Assembly (NCBI GenBank): GCA_965223045.1
Contig: CBDCVN010000013.1
Coordinates: 4,167,840-4,231,839, forward strand
Length of the DNA stretch: 64,000 nucleotides
Source of the DNA: Trueperaceae bacterium
GTDB taxonomy: Bacteria; Deinococcota; Deinococci; Deinococcales; Trueperaceae
Direction of reading: 5' to 3'
Positions 54,174 to 64,000 of the stretch are shown piece after piece. The translations under genes were made by a program, and so were the position numbers. The notes under the pieces are model-generated. The model was not told the origin of the DNA and made no database searches. It saw only the letters and a list, made by a program, of their open reading frames with translations. Each line of letters begins with the position of its first letter. Position 1 is the first letter of the stretch.

Positions 54174-56114
54174 ATGTCTGAAACTAATCATCAATCTAAA
54201 AACGCTCTCACTGACATGTCAGACTCTAGTTATGACATTAATGAAGTTAAACATCAGTATAGGGAATTGCGTCGTAAAAAGCGTAAGAATTTTCGCGATG
54301 AAGGAAATTTGGATGAAGATGGCGAAGCTTTTAAAAAAGCTTTTGATAGCCAGATTATGGGGCGTTTGCTTAAGTATTTACGCCCTTATGTAAAACAAAC
54401 TCTCTTGGCTATATTATTGCTAGGATTGTACAGTGCTATAGTACCAATTTTCCCCTATCTAATGCAGCTCTCAATTGATCGCTACATTAACCCTGCTCTA
54501 GAGCCTTTTACTAATACGTCAACTGAAGCAAGGTTTAATGGTCTTGTCTTTTTATTGCTAATTTATTTGGTACTTAGAATAGTAAATTTTGCTTTGCGCT
54601 ATGGTTATACCTATTTAATCTCTTGGTTAGGACAATATGTCATTTATGATATTCGCGAGGAAATTTTTGCCAAAATTCAAAGACTTCACCTAGGTTTCTT
54701 TGACCGCACACCAGTAGGCCGCCTCATGACTCGTATTACTAGTGATACCGAGGCTATTCAACGCATGATTTCTGATGGAGTAGTTGGTCTAATTGCTGAC
54801 ATTGGCCTCATGATTGGCATTATGGTGTATATGTTTAACATCAACTGGCAACTTACTCTTGTTACTTTGGCTGTCATGCCTCTTTTATTTATTACCCTTA
54901 ACTTCCTACGTTCCCGTTTACGCGATGCCTACCGCGTGGTACGTTTGCGCCTTTCTAAATCAAATACTTACTTACAAGAAAATCTGACTGGTATGAAAAC
55001 GGTACAACTTTTTAATCGTGAAACCAGAAACGAGCAAAAATTTGATGAAATAAACCTTGATTTACTTGATGCTTACATAGAGCAGGTGCGTTGGTTTAGC
55101 CTTTTTTGGCCTACAGTTAGGATGGTTGGTGGACTTGCTACAATTTTTATTCTTTTCTATGGGGTAAAGGCTTTAGGTGGCGGAGCCAGTGACACCATAA
55201 CAATTGGTGTTTTAACTTCTTTTTTGTTTTATTCTAGTATGTTTTTTCGTCCTATTCAGGATTTGTCTGACAAATACAACATCATGCAAGCAGCTATGGC
55301 CTCTTGTGAACGTATCTTTGGATTGTTAGATACCAAAGAGGCTATGGTTAATAAGCCCAAGCCAACTCAGTTCGAGACCAACTTTCGTGGTGAAGTCACT
55401 TTTGAAGATGTGTGGTTTGCTTATGATGGCGAAGATTGGGTACTGCAGGAAGTAAGTTTTAAAGTAGCTCCCGGTGAGTCAGTAGCTTTTGTAGGGCATA
55501 CTGGCGCAGGTAAGACTACTGTAATTAGCCTAGTCAGCCGTTTTTATGATGTGCAGCGGGGCACTGTTAAGATTGATGGTAAAGATGTACGTGATTATGA
55601 GCAAGTTAAGCTTCGTAAGCATATAGGTATAGTTTTACAAGACCCTTTCTTATTTAGTGGCACTATTAGAAGTAACATTACTTTAAATGATGACTCTATA
55701 GATTTGGATAGGATTATTGAAGCAGCTAAATTTGTAAATGCCCATGAATTTATTAGTCGTTTGCCTAATGGTTATGATACTGAGGTGCTCGAGCGCGGTG
55801 CAGGTTTCTCGACAGGACAAAAACAACTTATAGCTTTTGCCAGAGCCCTAGTGCAAAACCCTGATATTCTTTTGGTTTTAGACGAAGCAACGGCAAACAT
55901 AGACACCGAGACTGAAGATCTTATACAAGATGCTCTTAAGAAACTTATGCAAGGCCGTACCAGCATTGTAATTGCTCATAGACTCTCTACTATTCAAGGT
56001 GTAGATAGGATTATGGTTATGCGTAAAGGTAGATTAATTGAAAGAGGCAATCACTTTGAGCTTCTAAAGCAAGATGGTTACTATCGTAAGCTTTATGAGC
56101 TTCAGTACCAGTAG
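54174..56114 (+). CDS. ABC exporter, fused permease/ATPase (MsbA/multidrug type)
   Basis: Six-helix transmembrane domain, then Walker A GHTGAGKTT, signature FSTGQKQ, Walker B ILVLDEAT. Confidence 0.9.
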   Translation: MSETNHQSKNALTDMSDSSYDINEVKHQYRELRRKKRKNFRDEGNLDEDGEAFKKAFDSQIMGRLLKYLRPYVKQTLLAILLLGLYSAIVPIFPYLMQLSIDRYINPALEPFTNTSTEARFNGLVFLLLIYLVLRIVNFALRYGYTYLISWLGQYVIYDIREEIFAKIQRLHLGFFDRTPVGRLMTRITSDTEAIQRMISDGVVGLIADIGLMIGIMVYMFNINWQLTLVTLAVMPLLFITLNFLRSRLRDAYRVVRLRLSKSNTYLQENLTGMKTVQLFNRETRNEQKFDEINLDLLDAYIEQVRWFSLFWPTVRMVGGLATIFILFYGVKALGGGASDTITIGVLTSFLFYSSMFFRPIQDLSDKYNIMQAAMASCERIFGLLDTKEAMVNKPKPTQFETNFRGEVTFEDVWFAYDGEDWVLQEVSFKVAPGESVAFVGHTGAGKTTVISLVSRFYDVQRGTVKIDGKDVRDYEQVKLRKHIGIVLQDPFLFSGTIRSNITLNDDSIDLDRIIEAAKFVNAHEFISRLPNGYDTEVLERGAGFSTGQKQLIAFARALVQNPDILLVLDEATANIDTETEDLIQDALKKLMQGRTSIVIAHRLSTIQGVDRIMVMRKGRLIERGNHFELLKQDGYYRKLYELQYQ

Positions 56115-56622
56115 GGGCATACAAGTCAAAATAAAATTACCACACTGCTACATTATCATTACCTAATCTTCTATTCTAATAAGGGTAAGGCTAAGTTAAA
56201 ATTTCTACTTTAGTGTTTTTGAGACTGAAAGGATGTCTAGTAAATTAGAGTGCAGGGCAGGTTATCTAGACACCTATAACTGTCACTTTCAAAAATGATT
56301 GTGATGCAGAAAACCCTATCCCTATGACTTTATAAGAATAATGTAAGGGTAAGCCGATTATTATATTTACTAATCCCTATTATTTTCATGGGGATATTAT
56401 AGAGTAAGATTAGGCAACTTACCATTCTACAACGTACTATTCTACTCGGAAGTTTATAATGAAGAACTTGAAAACAATTAGTCCTAAACATGCCCAAACA
56501 AGATTTTAGGTGTGCTACACACTATATCCAAGCTTTTTTGTTTTATTGGTGGGTTATTTAATGATCAAGTAGCAAATTATACTAAGGTGGATTTTAAAGT
56601 CTTAAGTGTATAAGGAGAATAT

Positions 56623-57567
56623 ATGAAAATTTTTGTCCCTTTAATTAGCGTTCTTATTGTCTCTGGTTTTATATATATTTTTTACTCCTCTAACCAAGAT
56701 GTAGAAGAAATTCCCATAATACCCCTTACAAACACTTTTCCAGAAGGTCGAATCCTTACTGTAGGTTCTATAGCAGTAGAAGACGTTCAGGATGAGGTTA
56801 ATGACTTTTTGCCCTTTACTGAATTTATAGCTGGTAGGCTTAAAGAAAGAGGTGTTGTTGGTGGGCAAGTAAAAATAGCACGTGATATACCTGAAATGGC
56901 AACCTTTTTAGAGCAAGGAGAGGTAGATATTTTTATTGACAGCCCTTTTCCAGCACTTACTATGGTCCAGCTAGGGGTGGCAGAGCCTATGTTAAGACGT
57001 TGGAAAAAAGGAGTTGCCTCTTACCATACCATCTTCTTTGCTTGTAAAAGCGATGAAATTACTACCCTTGATGATTTGAAAGGTAAGATTGTTGCTTTTG
57101 ACTCTCCTTCATCTACTTCAGGATACTTGCTTCCTAAAGCTATGCTTTTGCAACTAGGATATACATTAAAAGAATACAAAAGTGTTTCCCAGAGAGTCTC
57201 AGATGAGAATATAGGATATGTTTTTTCTGGGGATGATGTTAACACTATGGCATGGGTATTGGAAGGGAAAACTCACGTAGCTGCTATAGATAACCATAAT
57301 TTTTACAAGGAAGCAGGGGAACGTTTAGAGGAGCTTGAAATTTTGGCTAGATCACCAGAGATTGCAAGGCATCTAGTAGTTAAAAGCCATAAATTGGATG
57401 AAGAGATTGCTAGTGCGATAAAAGAGACTTTGACCCTTTTAGATCAAGATGAGGCTGGAAAAGTGATGCTTTTTGAGTTCCAAAAAACAGTTAAATTTGA
57501 TGAAATTCCTGAAGATAGCTTGGAAAAAACTTTAGAGTTAATGCAAATTGTGGAAAGCGAGCTATAA
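56623..57567 (+). CDS. PhnD-like periplasmic substrate-binding protein (membrane-anchored)
   Basis: N-terminal anchor. The layout resembles phosphonate/phosphite-type binding proteins. Confidence 0.6.
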   Translation: MKIFVPLISVLIVSGFIYIFYSSNQDVEEIPIIPLTNTFPEGRILTVGSIAVEDVQDEVNDFLPFTEFIAGRLKERGVVGGQVKIARDIPEMATFLEQGEVDIFIDSPFPALTMVQLGVAEPMLRRWKKGVASYHTIFFACKSDEITTLDDLKGKIVAFDSPSSTSGYLLPKAMLLQLGYTLKEYKSVSQRVSDENIGYVFSGDDVNTMAWVLEGKTHVAAIDNHNFYKEAGERLEELEILARSPEIARHLVVKSHKLDEEIASAIKETLTLLDQDEAGKVMLFEFQKTVKFDEIPEDSLEKTLELMQIVESEL

Positions 57568-57577
57568 CTGATAAGTT

Positions 57578-60388
57578 ATGAAATTAGCTTTCTGGCCTTT
57601 AGATTTGCGTGGCAAGTACTTATTTTTCAGTACACTTATTCTTGCTATTATAGTTGTTTATTTTACTTTTGATAATACAAGCCATCAAGAAAAGGTAATA
57701 AAGGAAAGCTTTACCAAACAAGCGCAAGTAACCATAGGTTTTTTAGAAGAGCTATCTATAAATCATTATTATTATCTTGACCTTGAAGCCTTACGCTTTC
57801 TTTTAGAAGACGTTAAAACCCTGCATAATCTTACCTATGCGTACTATCTTGATCCTAAAGGGCGTGTTTTAACTGATGGCACGAATAGTAATATTTATAA
57901 ATACAAGTTTTTAGACGATGAATTAAGCAGAAAACTACCCAATATAACTCAAGGTGTTCAAGCAGTTTCCAAAAATGTTTTTGATGTGCTTGAGCCCATA
58001 GATTTAGGCAATGAGCGGCTAGGAGCTGTGCGGCTTGGCTTTTCTCTTAAAAAGATTAATCAAGACATCATAGCTGTACGTAAGCGTAATTTCCTAATTG
58101 GTGTAGGACTATTACTTATTTTTAGTTTGATAAATTACTCTGCAGCCAGTTATATAGTTAGACCAATTAAAAAGCTTACCTTGGCCTCTTATGCTGTTGC
58201 TGAAGGGAATTTTAGTAGGCCAATAAAAATTGATAGAAAAGACGAGCTTGGACAATTGGAAAAAGCCTTTAACCATATGATGCGCCAAGTTGAAATATCA
58301 AATCATGAACTCTCCAAAGCACGGAGGTATACTGAGCAAATCATACAAACAATAAGTAGCATACTAATAGTCACTGATTGTAAAGGAAGTATTCAGTTCG
58401 CAAACACAGCTGCTTGTACTAGCTTAGAGTATGAGGAAGAAGGGTTGCTTACACAATCTATAGAAATACTCCAAACAGAACCACTTATTCTTCCAAGTAA
58501 ACCCTTACCCGAAGATAAATATGTTGGTGATGTTGAAACTCATCTCAAGACAAAAAAAGGTACAACTATTCCGGTATGGTTGCAGAGTTCTTTTTTGTAT
58601 GAGGGTAAAGAATTGAATTCTATAATTTGGGTTGCTCGAGATATTAGCAAATTCAAACAAGTGACAGAGGCTTTGAGTGTCTCAGAAAACTATCAAAGTG
58701 CTATGATTAAGGCTGTTCCTGACCTGATGTTTATCTTTAGTAAAGAAGGAATTTATATTGATTTATTCCTAGATGATACACATCCTCAAGTAGAGCCACT
58801 TGTAGGCAAAGATATTACAGAAGTTGAGTTTTTGCCCAAAAAAGTTGCCGAAGAAATGAAGTACAAAATTGCACTAACAGCAAGGTGTGGACAAATACAA
58901 ACTATGGAATATACTCTTCCTGTTCCCAAAGAAGAAACTCACTATGAGGCCCGTCTAACATCTATAGATGGCGAGCGTGTGCTCATGCTAGTTAGGGATA
59001 TAACAGAGCATAAAAAAGTAGAAGAAGCTTTGCGTTATAAAGCGCTTCATGATACTTTAACGGGCCTTGCAAATAGAGCAAACTTCAGTAGCGTGCTTCA
59101 GCGTACACTAGATTTGTGTAGTCGTCATCCTAATTTCGTCTTTGCTGTATTGCTCTTAGATCTTGATGGCTTTAAGCATGTTAATGATAGCCTTGGTCAT
59201 ATTGCTGGTGATGAAATGCTATGTGAAATGTCAAGGAGGCTTAGGCATTGTATTAGACAACAAGATACAGTAGCCCGTCTTGGTGGTGACGAGTTCTCAA
59301 TTTTATTGATGGATATTGATAATGTCCACGGTGCCATTCAAATTGCTGAGCGTATACAAGAAGAGCTTGCTATACCTTTCCTCATAAGTGATCAAGAAAT
59401 CTTCTCGAGTGTTAGTATCGGAATTACTTTAAACACTTTTAAATACAAAGAGCCTAGCGAAATCTTGCGTGATGCAGATATTGCCCTTTACCGTGCCAAA
59501 GATAGTGGCAAGGCTAAATACGAAGTTTTTGATTCTGCCTTACACCAACAAGCAGTGCAGCGCCTACAAATTGCTAGTGAACTTAGGTATGCTGTTAAAG
59601 AGCTTAGCTTTTTTCCGCACTACCAGCCTATCATTGATCTCAAATCTCAAAAAATTACAGGTTTTGAAGCTTTAGCTCGTTGGCAACGTTCTAAAAATAA
59701 TCTTGAATATCCTGATAGCTTTATTGGAGTTGCTGAGGAAACACAACAAGCTGTTGAGATAGATTACATAATTTTAAATAAAGCCTGTCAGCAATTAGCC
59801 CGCTGGCAAAAAGAAACAGGCCTCGAGCTATCAATAAATACTAATTTATCGGGGCATCAATTTGTACGATCTGACCTTGTGGAACAAATAGAAATGGCAC
59901 TTAAAAGAAGCGGTGTAGATAGCCAATACCTACACCTAGAAATTACTGAGAGTGTTCTTTTACAAAATCCTGAGCTAGCAAGTAACATGCTTAACCAACT
60001 TAAATCCTTAGGAGTAAAAATCTATCTAGATGATTTTGGTACAGGTTACTCATCACTTAGTTATCTTCATAAGTTCCCTATAGATACTTTAAAGTTAGAT
60101 CGTTCCTTTATTTATGACATGGATTTTTCAAGTAATAGCTGTAAAATAGTACAGGCCATTATTGCTATGGCTCAAAATCTTGGTATTAGTGTGGTAGCTG
60201 AAGGTATTGAAAGAATAGAGCATTTTCAAAAGCTATATGATTGGGGCTGTACCTATGGTCAAGGTTATTTTTTCAGTAAGCCATTGGATATAAGCCAAGC
60301 TGATATCCTTTTGACAAATACAGATGCAATGGAAGCTAAAAATTTTGCTAATATTCACTCAGGTAGCAAAAATCACCTTTTAAATTAG
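57578..60388 (+). CDS. Membrane sensor with HAMP, PAS, GGDEF and EAL domains
   Basis: Two transmembrane helices flank a periplasmic segment. HAMP, PAS regions, RLGGDEFSILL (GGDEF), EALARW and DDFGTGYSSLSYL (EAL). Confidence 0.9.
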   Translation: MKLAFWPLDLRGKYLFFSTLILAIIVVYFTFDNTSHQEKVIKESFTKQAQVTIGFLEELSINHYYYLDLEALRFLLEDVKTLHNLTYAYYLDPKGRVLTDGTNSNIYKYKFLDDELSRKLPNITQGVQAVSKNVFDVLEPIDLGNERLGAVRLGFSLKKINQDIIAVRKRNFLIGVGLLLIFSLINYSAASYIVRPIKKLTLASYAVAEGNFSRPIKIDRKDELGQLEKAFNHMMRQVEISNHELSKARRYTEQIIQTISSILIVTDCKGSIQFANTAACTSLEYEEEGLLTQSIEILQTEPLILPSKPLPEDKYVGDVETHLKTKKGTTIPVWLQSSFLYEGKELNSIIWVARDISKFKQVTEALSVSENYQSAMIKAVPDLMFIFSKEGIYIDLFLDDTHPQVEPLVGKDITEVEFLPKKVAEEMKYKIALTARCGQIQTMEYTLPVPKEETHYEARLTSIDGERVLMLVRDITEHKKVEEALRYKALHDTLTGLANRANFSSVLQRTLDLCSRHPNFVFAVLLLDLDGFKHVNDSLGHIAGDEMLCEMSRRLRHCIRQQDTVARLGGDEFSILLMDIDNVHGAIQIAERIQEELAIPFLISDQEIFSSVSIGITLNTFKYKEPSEILRDADIALYRAKDSGKAKYEVFDSALHQQAVQRLQIASELRYAVKELSFFPHYQPIIDLKSQKITGFEALARWQRSKNNLEYPDSFIGVAEETQQAVEIDYIILNKACQQLARWQKETGLELSINTNLSGHQFVRSDLVEQIEMALKRSGVDSQYLHLEITESVLLQNPELASNMLNQLKSLGVKIYLDDFGTGYSSLSYLHKFPIDTLKLDRSFIYDMDFSSNSCKIVQAIIAMAQNLGISVVAEGIERIEHFQKLYDWGCTYGQGYFFSKPLDISQADILLTNTDAMEAKNFANIHSGSKNHLLN

Positions 60389-60521
60389 TTACCTATGTTT
60401 AAACAAATTTTTGCCTCATAAACATAAAGGCAAAAAATATTGTTCAGGTGAGCCAGTTTGCACAGATGCTTAGGAAGTGTTAGCTCTATCAAAATGATAT
60501 GTCCCTAGAGAGAATTTCTCT

Positions 60522-62348
60522 TTAAAGAAGGAGCCTTTTTGGAGAACTATAATTGGCAAATAACTCTTGCCAGCGCCTATCTACAACTTCTTTTATCTCT
60601 TTTGTCATTACGATCTTCTCAGGCCAGGTGCGTGTAAAGCCTTCTTCAGGTAATTTGAGTGTTCCATCTATTATAAAACAAGGAACAGAGCCCAAAATTT
60701 GTATGTCTCTTTGAGGGTCAATATTATTCAGCATTGTCCATATACAATCTTCAAAGTCTTGAGGGTCAGTCAGTTCATCAAGCACCGCTATTAGACGCAC
60801 ATCTTTAGCAGCTTCTTGCTGACTTGCCCATTTACCAAGAAGCTTTCCTTGATTAGGACGCTCTTTTTTAGTGGTTATAAACCAAAATCCCCCAGCAGGC
60901 TGATGTTGAGCAACAATATCAGGGTTTTGTGGTAATTCTTCTTTATTGCGTTCAGGGTTTGCCATCCAAGAAGTTTGACCTCCTTCTTCTGGGTGTTTAA
61001 CAGTGCCATCTATAATGATTTTGCTGCCATAACTCCATGATTGGCTCGAGTGATCAAGCACATCAATTGGACCTTTAGCAAATTGGCAATCTCTACCTGG
61101 CAAAGCATTTTTTAACACTGTTTGCCAAAATTTAAGATGCTCTTGGGGTTTAACATTTTCATCAGTAACTAGTAGGACTTTAGCTAGCATCATTTGCCCT
61201 AAACCTAAAAGGCCATTAGCTACCTTATAAGCTTGTCCGGGATAGCTTTTTTCAATAATTATATTTACTAAGTTATGTGCTATGCCTGCTGGTGGCATAC
61301 TATAATCTTTAAGTTCAGGTAGAATGAGCTGCGCAGGGACTAAGAAAATTCTTTCTGAAGCTTCAATAAAATAAGCGTCCTCCATAGGTGGTCTTCCTAC
61401 TATGGTTGCAGGGTAAATAGGATTTTTGCGCATAGTTATAGCTGTCACATGAAAAATAGGATAAAGGTCAGGCAGGGTATAAAAACCAGTATGGTCACCA
61501 AAGGGACCTTCCAAGCGCCAATCTTCTTCTGGATCAATATAGCCTTCCAGAACAAACTCTGCTTCAGCAGGCACCTCTAAATCAACAGTTATCCCTTTAA
61601 CAAGCTTAATAGGCTTATTACGCAAAAAACCAGTCAGCGAAAACTCATTGATGCTAGGTATAGCAGGTAAGGGAGCAGTAGCTGCATAAGTAAGAGCAGG
61701 ATCACCACCTAGTGCAACAGCCACCTCTAATTTCTGACCTGCTTTTTTAGCACTTTCCAAGTGCCTTGCCCCTGTCTTATGGCGTTGCCAATGCATACCT
61801 GTAGTGGATTTATCAAAGACCTGCATACGGTACATACCAACATTAACCTCTTTAGTTAGAGGGTCTTTACTAATAACTAATGGTAGGGTGATAAAAGGTC
61901 CACCATCATCTGGCCAACACTTAAGAACAGGTAATTTAGTTAAGTCAATTTCATCACCTTGCCAAATTACTTCTTGCACAGGGGCCTTCTTAACTTTTTT
62001 AGGTGGCAATGAGGTAACTGTTTTTAGCTTTGGTAAATTTGTTGCTAAACCTAGGAGGCCACCGCCTACCTTTACATTCAATAGCTCCCTTAACCTTTTA
62101 GTAATATCATCAAGGGATTCTACTCCTAGAGCTAGGGCCATACGTTTTTGTGAACCATAAAGGCCAATAACTAAAGGGAAGTCTTTTCCTATAACTTTTT
62201 CGAAATAAAGTGCAGGCCCACCTTTTTTAACCACTCTGTCAGCAATTTCGGTTATCTCTAGCTCAGATGATACAGGTTTACTAATTTCTACGATCTCATC
62301 ACGTTTTTTCAGCTCGGAGATGAAATTCCTAAGGTTTATATAATGCAT
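60522..62348 (-). CDS. UbiD-family decarboxylase (long form, menaquinone/ubiquinone biosynthesis type)
   Basis: The N-terminus LRNFISELKKRDEIVEISKPVS...GGPALYFEKV and conserved core look typical of UbiD-family enzymes. 608 aa. Confidence 0.8.
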   Translation of the reverse strand: MHYINLRNFISELKKRDEIVEISKPVSSELEITEIADRVVKKGGPALYFEKVIGKDFPLVIGLYGSQKRMALALGVESLDDITKRLRELLNVKVGGGLLGLATNLPKLKTVTSLPPKKVKKAPVQEVIWQGDEIDLTKLPVLKCWPDDGGPFITLPLVISKDPLTKEVNVGMYRMQVFDKSTTGMHWQRHKTGARHLESAKKAGQKLEVAVALGGDPALTYAATAPLPAIPSINEFSLTGFLRNKPIKLVKGITVDLEVPAEAEFVLEGYIDPEEDWRLEGPFGDHTGFYTLPDLYPIFHVTAITMRKNPIYPATIVGRPPMEDAYFIEASERIFLVPAQLILPELKDYSMPPAGIAHNLVNIIIEKSYPGQAYKVANGLLGLGQMMLAKVLLVTDENVKPQEHLKFWQTVLKNALPGRDCQFAKGPIDVLDHSSQSWSYGSKIIIDGTVKHPEEGGQTSWMANPERNKEELPQNPDIVAQHQPAGGFWFITTKKERPNQGKLLGKWASQQEAAKDVRLIAVLDELTDPQDFEDCIWTMLNNIDPQRDIQILGSVPCFIIDGTLKLPEEGFTRTWPEKIVMTKEIKEVVDRRWQELFANYSSPKRLLL

Positions 62349-62414
62349 GTTGCTGATTCTAACTTTTCTTGGGTGAGATTGTTCCCTATCTTGTAAGCCA
62401 AAGGATACTAAAGA

Positions 62415-63206
62415 CTACCAAACCATTTTGAGTTGATTGACAACTTCACCATACCACTTGATTTGCCTTACCGAGTTACTATTTGTTTGTTTTCTGCCAG
62501 TATCCAAATAAGTAGCATAGTTTCTACCTACTTTAGTTAGTGTCCAATGCAAACGGCCTTTGTCATCTCTGTAAAAAGATTGGAAACCTGCTAGCTCGAG
62601 CAAAGAATTAGTTCTACGTGCAGAAAGATTTAATTTTTTCCCTAGTTCTGTAACGGTAAGTAGCTCGTCTTTGTTTATGGGTTTTGGTATTAGGTGGGTT
62701 GCTCCTATTAGCTCGAGCACATCTACACCAGTTAATTGTTTAGTAGCTTTATTTGCTGAAACTATGGTTTGATTGTGATTAGGGTGAACCAATTTAGTAA
62801 TTTCCAAAGAAGTTTTAAAGAAGTTGTAAGCGTTTAGAGCTTCTTCTATTGTGAGCTGTGATTGAAGTGAGTAACTACCTGTTTTTCTAATTGCTGGTAG
62901 CACTTCCTCAAACCACCAGTCACGAATAGCTTCTGCTTGTGGAAGTTTAGAGCTAAAGATAAGACGATTGATATCTCCTTCATTAATTAACTTTGTTTGG
63001 GGGTCTAATTTTAGGGAGCGTGCTTCACGCTCCCCCAACAATTTGGCTGCTGGACAAGCATGCTTGCAATGTCTAGCAATAGCATCGACTGTGTTACTAT
63101 ATCCAAATATGCCTGCTATATCTTTAGCGGCAGCCCAAACCTCACCAGCTATAATAAATGTTCTAACCTTTTTACCTTCAAAGTTGAAAATCTCAATATT
63201 ATTCAT
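62415..63206 (-). CDS. BRO-N domain protein (phage antirepressor-like)
   Basis: N-terminus FNFEGKKVRTFIIAGEVWAAAKDIAGIFGYSNTVDAIARHCK matches the BRO-N pattern. Confidence 0.65.
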   Translation of the reverse strand: MNNIEIFNFEGKKVRTFIIAGEVWAAAKDIAGIFGYSNTVDAIARHCKHACPAAKLLGEREARSLKLDPQTKLINEGDINRLIFSSKLPQAEAIRDWWFEEVLPAIRKTGSYSLQSQLTIEEALNAYNFFKTSLEITKLVHPNHNQTIVSANKATKQLTGVDVLELIGATHLIPKPINKDELLTVTELGKKLNLSARRTNSLLELAGFQSFYRDDKGRLHWTLTKVGRNYATYLDTGRKQTNSNSVRQIKWYGEVVNQLKMVW

Positions 63207-63421
63207 TAGTTGCCCTCAACCCTATTTTGTAATTGAGAAATAAGTTGTGTAGGAAAATGGAAGTAAATAACTATGTTAAGATTCATCTGAATCCTTTCAT
63301 TACGTTTAGGTTTCAACGAAGGCGGAATGACTTTAGCGGTTGTTAACCGCCTTCATTGTTATTTGTAGCTTAGCATAATTAATTCAGAATGCCAATACTT
63401 ACTGCATTTACTTATTTAGAG

Positions 63422-63571
63422 TTATGGGACGTTATGAACTAAAGGATACTGAGGACAAGTTTTTTCATATGGTCTGCCAGCCATGTATTTTTCCCACTCT
63501 TTTTGGGTGAGGTTGCGTCCTGCTTTGTAGCAAGCTTGTTCTTTCCAGATTGCTCGAGAAAATCGGTATCG
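63422..63571 (-). pseudogene. Short C-terminal gene remnant next to an IS
   Basis: Open frame AIWKEQACYKAGRNLTQKEWEKYMAGRPYEKTCPQYPLVHNVP, bounded upstream by an in-frame stop. Confidence 0.3.
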
Positions 63572-63605
63572 TCAACAATACTTCCTACACTATAAGGGTT
63601 TGCTA

Positions 63606-64000
63606 GGGCATGTTGATAAAGTAAGTCATAATTTGCAAACTTAGGATATGAAAGTTAAATTAACAGACGAGCAATGGCAAAAAATACTAAATTTTCTCAA
63701 GGGTTACAAGATAGTGTGTATGTTTAGGAAATTTAGAATTGGCAATGAGGATCAATGCAGGAAGTTTATTGAAGGAGTCCTTTGGGTAACTAAAAGTGGT
63801 GCACAGTGGCGTTTGTTGCCAGAAGAATATGGAAAATGGAATAGTGTTTTTAAGCGTTTTGACCGCTGGGGCAAACAAGGAATTTGGCAAGCGATGTTTG
63901 AACACTTTGCTGAGGATGCTGATATGGAAAGTATAATGATAGATAGCACCATTGTAAGAGCTCACTCCTGTGCAGCAGGAGGAAAAGGGGGAAACGAAGA
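63606..64000 (+). mobile_element. IS5-family insertion sequence, copy 2 (runs off the window)
   Basis: Starts with TA plus GGGCATGTTGATAAAG. The sequence matches the inverted copy at 34669-35529. Confidence 0.85.
63648..64000 (+). CDS. IS5-family transposase, 5-prime partial
   Basis: Encodes [23 protein letters not shown]..., identical to the 34720-35487 product as far as the window extends. Absent from the ORF track because no stop is reached. Confidence 0.85.
   Translation, partial: MKVKLTDEQWQKILNFLKGYKIVCMFRKFRIGNEDQCRKFIEGVLWVTKSGAQWRLLPEEYGKWNSVFKRFDRWGKQGIWQAMFEHFAEDADMESIMIDSTIVRAHSCAAGGKGGNE

Noticed and set aside
62415-63206. The BRO-N antirepressor-like gene could be evidence for a prophage.
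   Set aside because: No other phage-type genes (integrase, terminase, capsid, tail) are visible in the adjacent sequence within the window.

Overview
AT-rich bacterial chromosomal window; I cannot name the organism from the sequence alone. Two core blocks flank a roughly 22-kb accessory mosaic at about 26.7-49.0 kb. Core block 1 (1-26.7 kb) carries ppk2, an APC permease, trpF, a GT2 glycosyltransferase, mnmA, two tandem M16 peptidases and def-fmt. Core block 2 (49.0-63.6 kb) carries an MscK-like channel, a Uma2 endonuclease, an ABC exporter, a PhnD-like binding protein with a GGDEF-EAL sensor, a UbiD-family decarboxylase and a BRO-N protein. The mosaic is visibly more GC-rich in its centre. 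It contains (i) nested IS elements, (ii) a decaying iteron-type plasmid module (DnaA box, AT-rich tract, seven 22-bp iterons, repA, parG-like gene, disrupted parA, palindromic boxes), (iii) at least four type II toxin-antitoxin pairs, (iv) a serine recombinase followed by a run of small gene cassettes separated by a conserved 25-28-bp palindromic repeat, (v) a Tn3-family transposon nested in the remnant of another, and (vi) an IS701-family element. A 256-bp MITE derived from an IS5-family IS occurs five times and has disrupted three genes. The most unusual core locus is a minus-strand operon (7699-13500). It is built around an 892-aa fusion of a trypsin-like protease, a STAND-type P-loop NTPase and a polytopic membrane domain, with three partners I cannot assign. 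The palindrome CTCGAG (often GCTCGAGC) is strongly enriched in the core blocks and almost absent from the mosaic. No rRNA, tRNA or CRISPR array was found. All calls come from reading motifs and repeats by eye, no similarity search was possible, and hand-derived repeat coordinates may be off by a few bases.
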